A stretch of 63,999 bases of DNA, the filler included, from Asterionella formosa (lineage: Eukaryota): the NCBI GenBank assembly GCA_002256025.1. It is 14 parts of 14 records of this genome, joined end to end, with 100 filler letters (N's around TTAATTAATTAA, not from the genome) between each part and the next. Parts side by side here need not be neighbours in the genome. Positions count along the whole stretch, not along the records: positions 59,650 to 63,999 come from NKIB01013578.1; 13 more parts are not named here. One strand, written 5' to 3'. The stretch's first letter is position 1; every line of letters begins with the position of its first letter. This document shows, in pieces, positions 62,754 through 63,999 of the stretch. Both the position numbers and the translations under genes were made by a program. The notes under the pieces are model-generated. The model was not told where the DNA came from and searched no databases. It saw only the letters and a program-made list of their open reading frames with translations.

Positions 62754-63846
62754 GGTTTACGTGTGATTCAATTTGGCTGGCGTGATTTTACAAGACCGAG
62801 ATACTTTAGCGAATCTGGAGCAGGTGAGTAAATTCAATTCAACCAATCAGAATGTGTGTAGTGACGCTGCAACTTACCCTGGAGTCTTTTTGGACCGAGA
62901 ATTATTCAGCAAAACATTCCTACACCAAACTCTTAGTATACAAGAACGTTTTGCATGTACAAATTCTGATTCCAATATTTTGGAGACTGTTGAAAAAGCC
63001 GATTGGGTCGACTTTTTGGAGGAGGATTGATCTACATCTATGGGGTTTCATAAAGAATAAAATAGATAGCCGTGTACCCTACAATGTTAGGAGTTAAGTG
63101 GCAGTTATCCCCCATAGATTTTTGAAAAGCTTCGCAGCCCCTTTTTGGGATAGTTACGATTCCAAGAGGGATAACTGCCACTTCTCTCCAGAAATGAGGC
63201 CCTTTCCATACCTGAATATAGATCATACCCCTAAGTCGAGCAATGACTGTATCTAATCATATGCTAAGTGATTGTTTTGGTGAAAGCATATTTTACCTTT
63301 AACTACTATTTAGTTGTATGTGCTGTGTGGATTGAAGTACATCATAAAAAATTTGGAAAAATAGACCTTGCAATGTAAAGATTGTGGCCCCGGCTTAACC
63401 CTAGTTTGGAGAAAATATCGCTAGGGTTGTAAAAACGGTGTGGAACAGGGAGTTTCCTACTATGAATTCCCATAATTCAAGTGTCCATTTGAATATTGGA
63501 ATCGGCGCCAGATTATAGGGCACACAGCTCTCTACTTTTATATTGATGAAACCTCGCAGATGTAGAGCAATCCTCCTCCAAAAAGTCGACCCAATTGGCT
63601 CTTTCAACAGTCGCCAAAATATTCGAATCGGAATTTGTATGTGCAAAAACGTTCTCGTAGACTTAGAGTCTTGTGTAGGTATGTTTTGTTGCTTAATTCT
63701 CAGTCGGACAAGACTCCAGGGTGCATTGCCGTGTCACTACACATATTCTGATTGGTTGAATTGAATCTACTCACCTGCTCCAGATTGGCTGACATACTCT
63801 GGTCTTGTAAAATCATGCCAGGCACACTTGAACCACCAGATGTACC
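62754..63846. mobile_element. About 1.09-kb non-autonomous foldback element with about 335-bp TIRs (MULE-like)
   Basis: 62754-63090 is the reverse complement of about 63505-63846 (e.g. ttcaattcaaccaatcagaat and gggtcgactttttggaggaggattg). GG...CC ends. No TSD recognisable. Confidence 0.85.
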
Positions 63847-63999
63847 ATACCAGCAGGCAAAATCAGTACCTTAACACTGGTACTAGTTTCATCCTGTCTT
63901 CCATCGTCATGAACCAAGATTATGTACTACCTGTACACTGGTACTCTGGTACTTTGGTACCTGGTACCTGGTACCATACTGATTTTTATTAAACTGCAT

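Noticed and set aside
63935..63976. GGTACCT repeats as telomeric repeats
   Set aside because: Short, degenerate, also found at many internal sites, and unlike TTAGGG-type repeats.

Overview
This is eukaryotic DNA, most likely from a diatom: GT-AG introns, bipartite plastid-targeting N-termini and diatom-type TE families. It is not one locus. It is about 14 unplaced scaffolds of roughly 4.5 kb each, ordered by roughly decreasing length and joined by an artificial 100-nt spacer (N44-TTAATTAATTAA-N44), so adjacency across spacers means nothing biologically. Recognisable host genes are plastid CcdA, a DUF1517/FLAP1-like protein, a PlsC/LPAAT acyltransferase, an ArfGAP, a divergent 3-exon Ubc9, a polysaccharide pyruvyltransferase-family protein, a sulfotransferase-like protein and a GPR107/108-type 7TM protein. 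There are also pseudogenes of a DLD-type protein kinase and an LRR-receptor-like gene. Most of the rest is decayed TEs (Gypsy, Copia, LINE, piggyBac, Mutator-like, Plavaka, possible hAT and pogo), MITEs and tandem repeats. The most interesting signal is a pervasive class of TA-n-TA micro-insertions (TAGCTA, TACTGGTA, TACCGGTA, TACCWGGTA, TACTA, TAGTA). They can be shown to be insertions by aligning paralogous repeats inside the window, they match the termini of TA-flanked MITEs found here, and they pile up into arrays near gene 5' ends. I interpret them as stacked transposon excision footprints, which is an inference.
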